Positions 61,991 through 64,000 of a stretch of 64,000 nucleotides of DNA are shown in pieces. Below the pieces are notes generated by a model. It had not been told where the DNA came from and did not search any database. It was given only the letters and a program-made list of their open reading frames with translations. Origin of the DNA: an uncultured Chlamydiae bacterium (GTDB lineage: Bacteria; Chlamydiota; Chlamydiia; Chlamydiales; JAJFMA01). The stretch lies in contig CAVQMM010000001.1 of assembly GCA_963713615.1 (NCBI GenBank), positions 2,944,001 to 3,008,000 of the forward strand, written 5' to 3'. Made by a program: the position numbers and the translations under genes. How positions within the stretch are numbered: the first letter of the stretch is position 1; each line of letters begins with the position of its first letter.

Positions 61991-62781
61991 AACATAAACC
62001 CCATTTCGTCTTGGTTGAGTAGATTTGGAAACAGGACTTCCATTACGTTTCCAATACGTTTAAAGTTGATCCATCCTCGCTGCGAAGCGCGCTCAGCAAA
62101 TTCAACTAATTCATCAAACGAGCAGTCGAGCAATTTCGCATATTCCGTCTCAAAAAGGGCAAGACCACGCGCACCTGTGAGGTACCCGATGAACAGGGCA
62201 TAGGCTGTTGTAGCAGATGTGGCGTTCATTATTGTGCGCGTTTTAGACACTCGCCCTTTTAAATAGCCTGCCTGAGTCCAGGTTGAAGCTATATTCCGAG
62301 CTGTTGATTGTAGAGTAGCCTTGCTGAATCGGCCGGATTGTGCGGCTTCGATACAGCCCTCCAATGCCACACGAGAGTACAACTGACCTTTAGACATAGT
62401 AAGAACGAATGAAGTGGTCAACCTTAGTATTGGATCACGAGTGTAAGCGCAAAGAAACGCCAATAGAGGGCGTCCCTCTATTTCCCGATCCCAGAAATAT
62501 CGAAGTGCACTAAAAAGGGGAGCTTTGAAATCGAGCGCGTACAGGTTGGCAAGATGTTTGGCGGTCAATTTTCTTGTTTGGCCGGAACGTTTACCCAAAC
62601 GGTTATCGCCTTCAATGGCGTGAATGTAGTCATTATGTGACGCTGAAGGAGCGCTCACATAGTCGAGGAGTTGCTCAAGCTCGTTAAGCATCATTGTCCT
62701 TGCCAAGTGCACACCACCACGTTCATCCTTGAAACCAAAACGCAAAAGTCTATTATCTTTAACTAATTCGTTATTCATCAA
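61987..62781 (-). CDS. brxA: BREX protein BrxA-like
   Basis: First gene, overlapping brxB; ARTMML, FSKATLQSTARNIASTWTQAGYL; assigned mainly by position. Confidence 0.7.
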   Translation of the reverse strand: MMNNELVKDNRLLRFGFKDERGGVHLARTMMLNELEQLLDYVSAPSASHNDYIHAIEGDNRLGKRSGQTRKLTAKHLANLYALDFKAPLFSALRYFWDREIEGRPLLAFLCAYTRDPILRLTTSFVLTMSKGQLYSRVALEGCIEAAQSGRFSKATLQSTARNIASTWTQAGYLKGRVSKTRTIMNATSATTAYALFIGYLTGARGLALFETEYAKLLDCSFDELVEFAERASQRGWINFKRIGNVMEVLFPNLLNQDEMGFML

Positions 62782-63290
62782 TTCATACGTAGATTAATTA
62801 ACAATCGATTCATTTATCAGAAAATATAGCATGATTCAGTAATACCATCATCATAAATAAATTCTGCGTACTTAAACTAATTTTTAAATAATGATTAATG
62901 TTTTTTACGAGATGCGACATATCTTTAAACAAAGCAGGTTGTTACTGACATGAGTATGCAGAAGAGCACTTCGAGCATATGTGATCCATAGATTCTCCTA
63001 GACGACAACGGAGTGAGTCACTTAGTATGTCGCCAAAAACGAAAGATTGCATTGAGTTATCGGAGCTTTCCCACCTCCCGGAGAAATGATAGATGGAGCA
63101 AAAAATGGATAGAAATCAACCTTGCCCCTGTAAAAGTGGACTTAAGCCAGAAGAGTGCTGTCTACCATCATGTTGTGAGGTGTGTCTTTTTAGTAAGGAG
63201 AATCTGGGCGCTCTTGAAGCGGGTTGGACTTTGCAACGTTCACTCATACGACAAAATAAAAAACATCACCTCCCCCTTTGCCCCTTGCTA

Positions 63291-64000
63291 ATGGAATTTC
63301 AACCCAAAACCGTAGTGATTTGTGGCAGTGGTTCAGTTTATTGGCACAATCCTGACTATCCAAATGAGGAGATCAATACCTGGGAGATCATCCAAACATG
63401 TGTGGACCAAATTAAAGGCTCCCCAGAAGGCAGAGGCGCAGGCATTCCTTCAAGAAAAGAAAATTTCTTGCATTGGTTAGCTGCTACAGAAAAATTAGTG
63501 ACTTACTTCACCGAAGCCTACCCACCTCACGCTTCCAATTACGAACAAATCCAACAAGTTCACAAAAAATTTCGTGAATTATTAGGACAGTCTTTTCAAG
63601 GCGCGGATATTCGCTTGCGATCCCTTACCTGCTTTCATTGCAATAACACACATGGTTTAGATCCCAAAGCGCTTAATACTTGTGGGTTTCTTACGTTAAA
63701 CTGGGATGGAGCTGTACGACAATTGTCAAATACAATTGAATTGCATGGGATATGCGAGTTACCTGAAACGATGGTATTACCTAACCAGGATCTAACTCGT
63801 CTGCTACCAAAAAATCGGACAATAAGACCAGGGTTTGAAGCCTTTGCTTCCGCACATCACTGGCTTACCGATTGTACAAATATAATTATTTGGGGATGTC
63901 AATTGAATGATTATGATGCCATTATTTCGGTCATTATGTCGATTTTTTCTCTTACCAAAGCTCGCGGAAAAATTGGACTGTTTGTTTCCAATCGAAATGC
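63291..64000 (+). CDS. SIR2-like domain protein (runs off the window end)
   Basis: Own translation, no stop: MEFQPKTVVICGSGS...FLTLNWD...IELHG...MVLP...IIIWGCQLNDYD. Confidence 0.7.
   Translation, partial: MEFQPKTVVICGSGSVYWHNPDYPNEEINTWEIIQTCVDQIKGSPEGRGAGIPSRKENFLHWLAATEKLVTYFTEAYPPHASNYEQIQQVHKKFRELLGQSFQGADIRLRSLTCFHCNNTHGLDPKALNTCGFLTLNWDGAVRQLSNTIELHGICELPETMVLPNQDLTRLLPKNRTIRPGFEAFASAHHWLTDCTNIIIWGCQLNDYDAIISVIMSIFSLTKARGKIGLFVSNRN

Noticed and set aside
63013..63291. 92-aa ORF with YHHVVRC as a RAYT remnant
   Set aside because: No HUH motif or catalytic Tyr region; resemblance is only a few residues

Overview
Bacterial DNA, most likely an environmental Chlamydiae (inferred from a MOMP-like porin, a CIRCE-preceded groES-groEL, Inc-like paralogs and an Rhs protein with a hydrolase tip). 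1-26.2 kb is mostly core or semi-accessory: SnoaL/LuxR module, FAD oxidoreductase, decayed SDR/AlaX/MerR genes, phospholipase C, MOMP-like porin, fahA, groESL, prmA, trkH/trkA, a 1641-aa Rhs protein and tRNA-Ala(GGC). Two REPIN-like palindromic elements bracket trkA-trkH-prmA. 26.2-35 kb is an IS graveyard: a broken ISKra4-like element and an ISAs1 containing a complete IS21. A 160-bp palindromic MITE with 8-bp target duplications has inserted in frame into both broken transposases. A degenerate 3' half of tRNA-Thr(CGT) at about 35.04-35.08 kb probably marks the att boundary of a defence island running past the window end. That island holds an AlbA_2/Schlafen-like ATPase, an AAA+DUF4143 ATPase, a second IS21, two identical ISAs1 copies, a NucS-like nuclease, AbiEi/AbiEii, a six-gene type 1 BREX operon with pglX split by ISAs1, and a divergent SIR2-like gene absent from the ORF track. 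All family assignments come from motif recognition by eye; no database searches were run.
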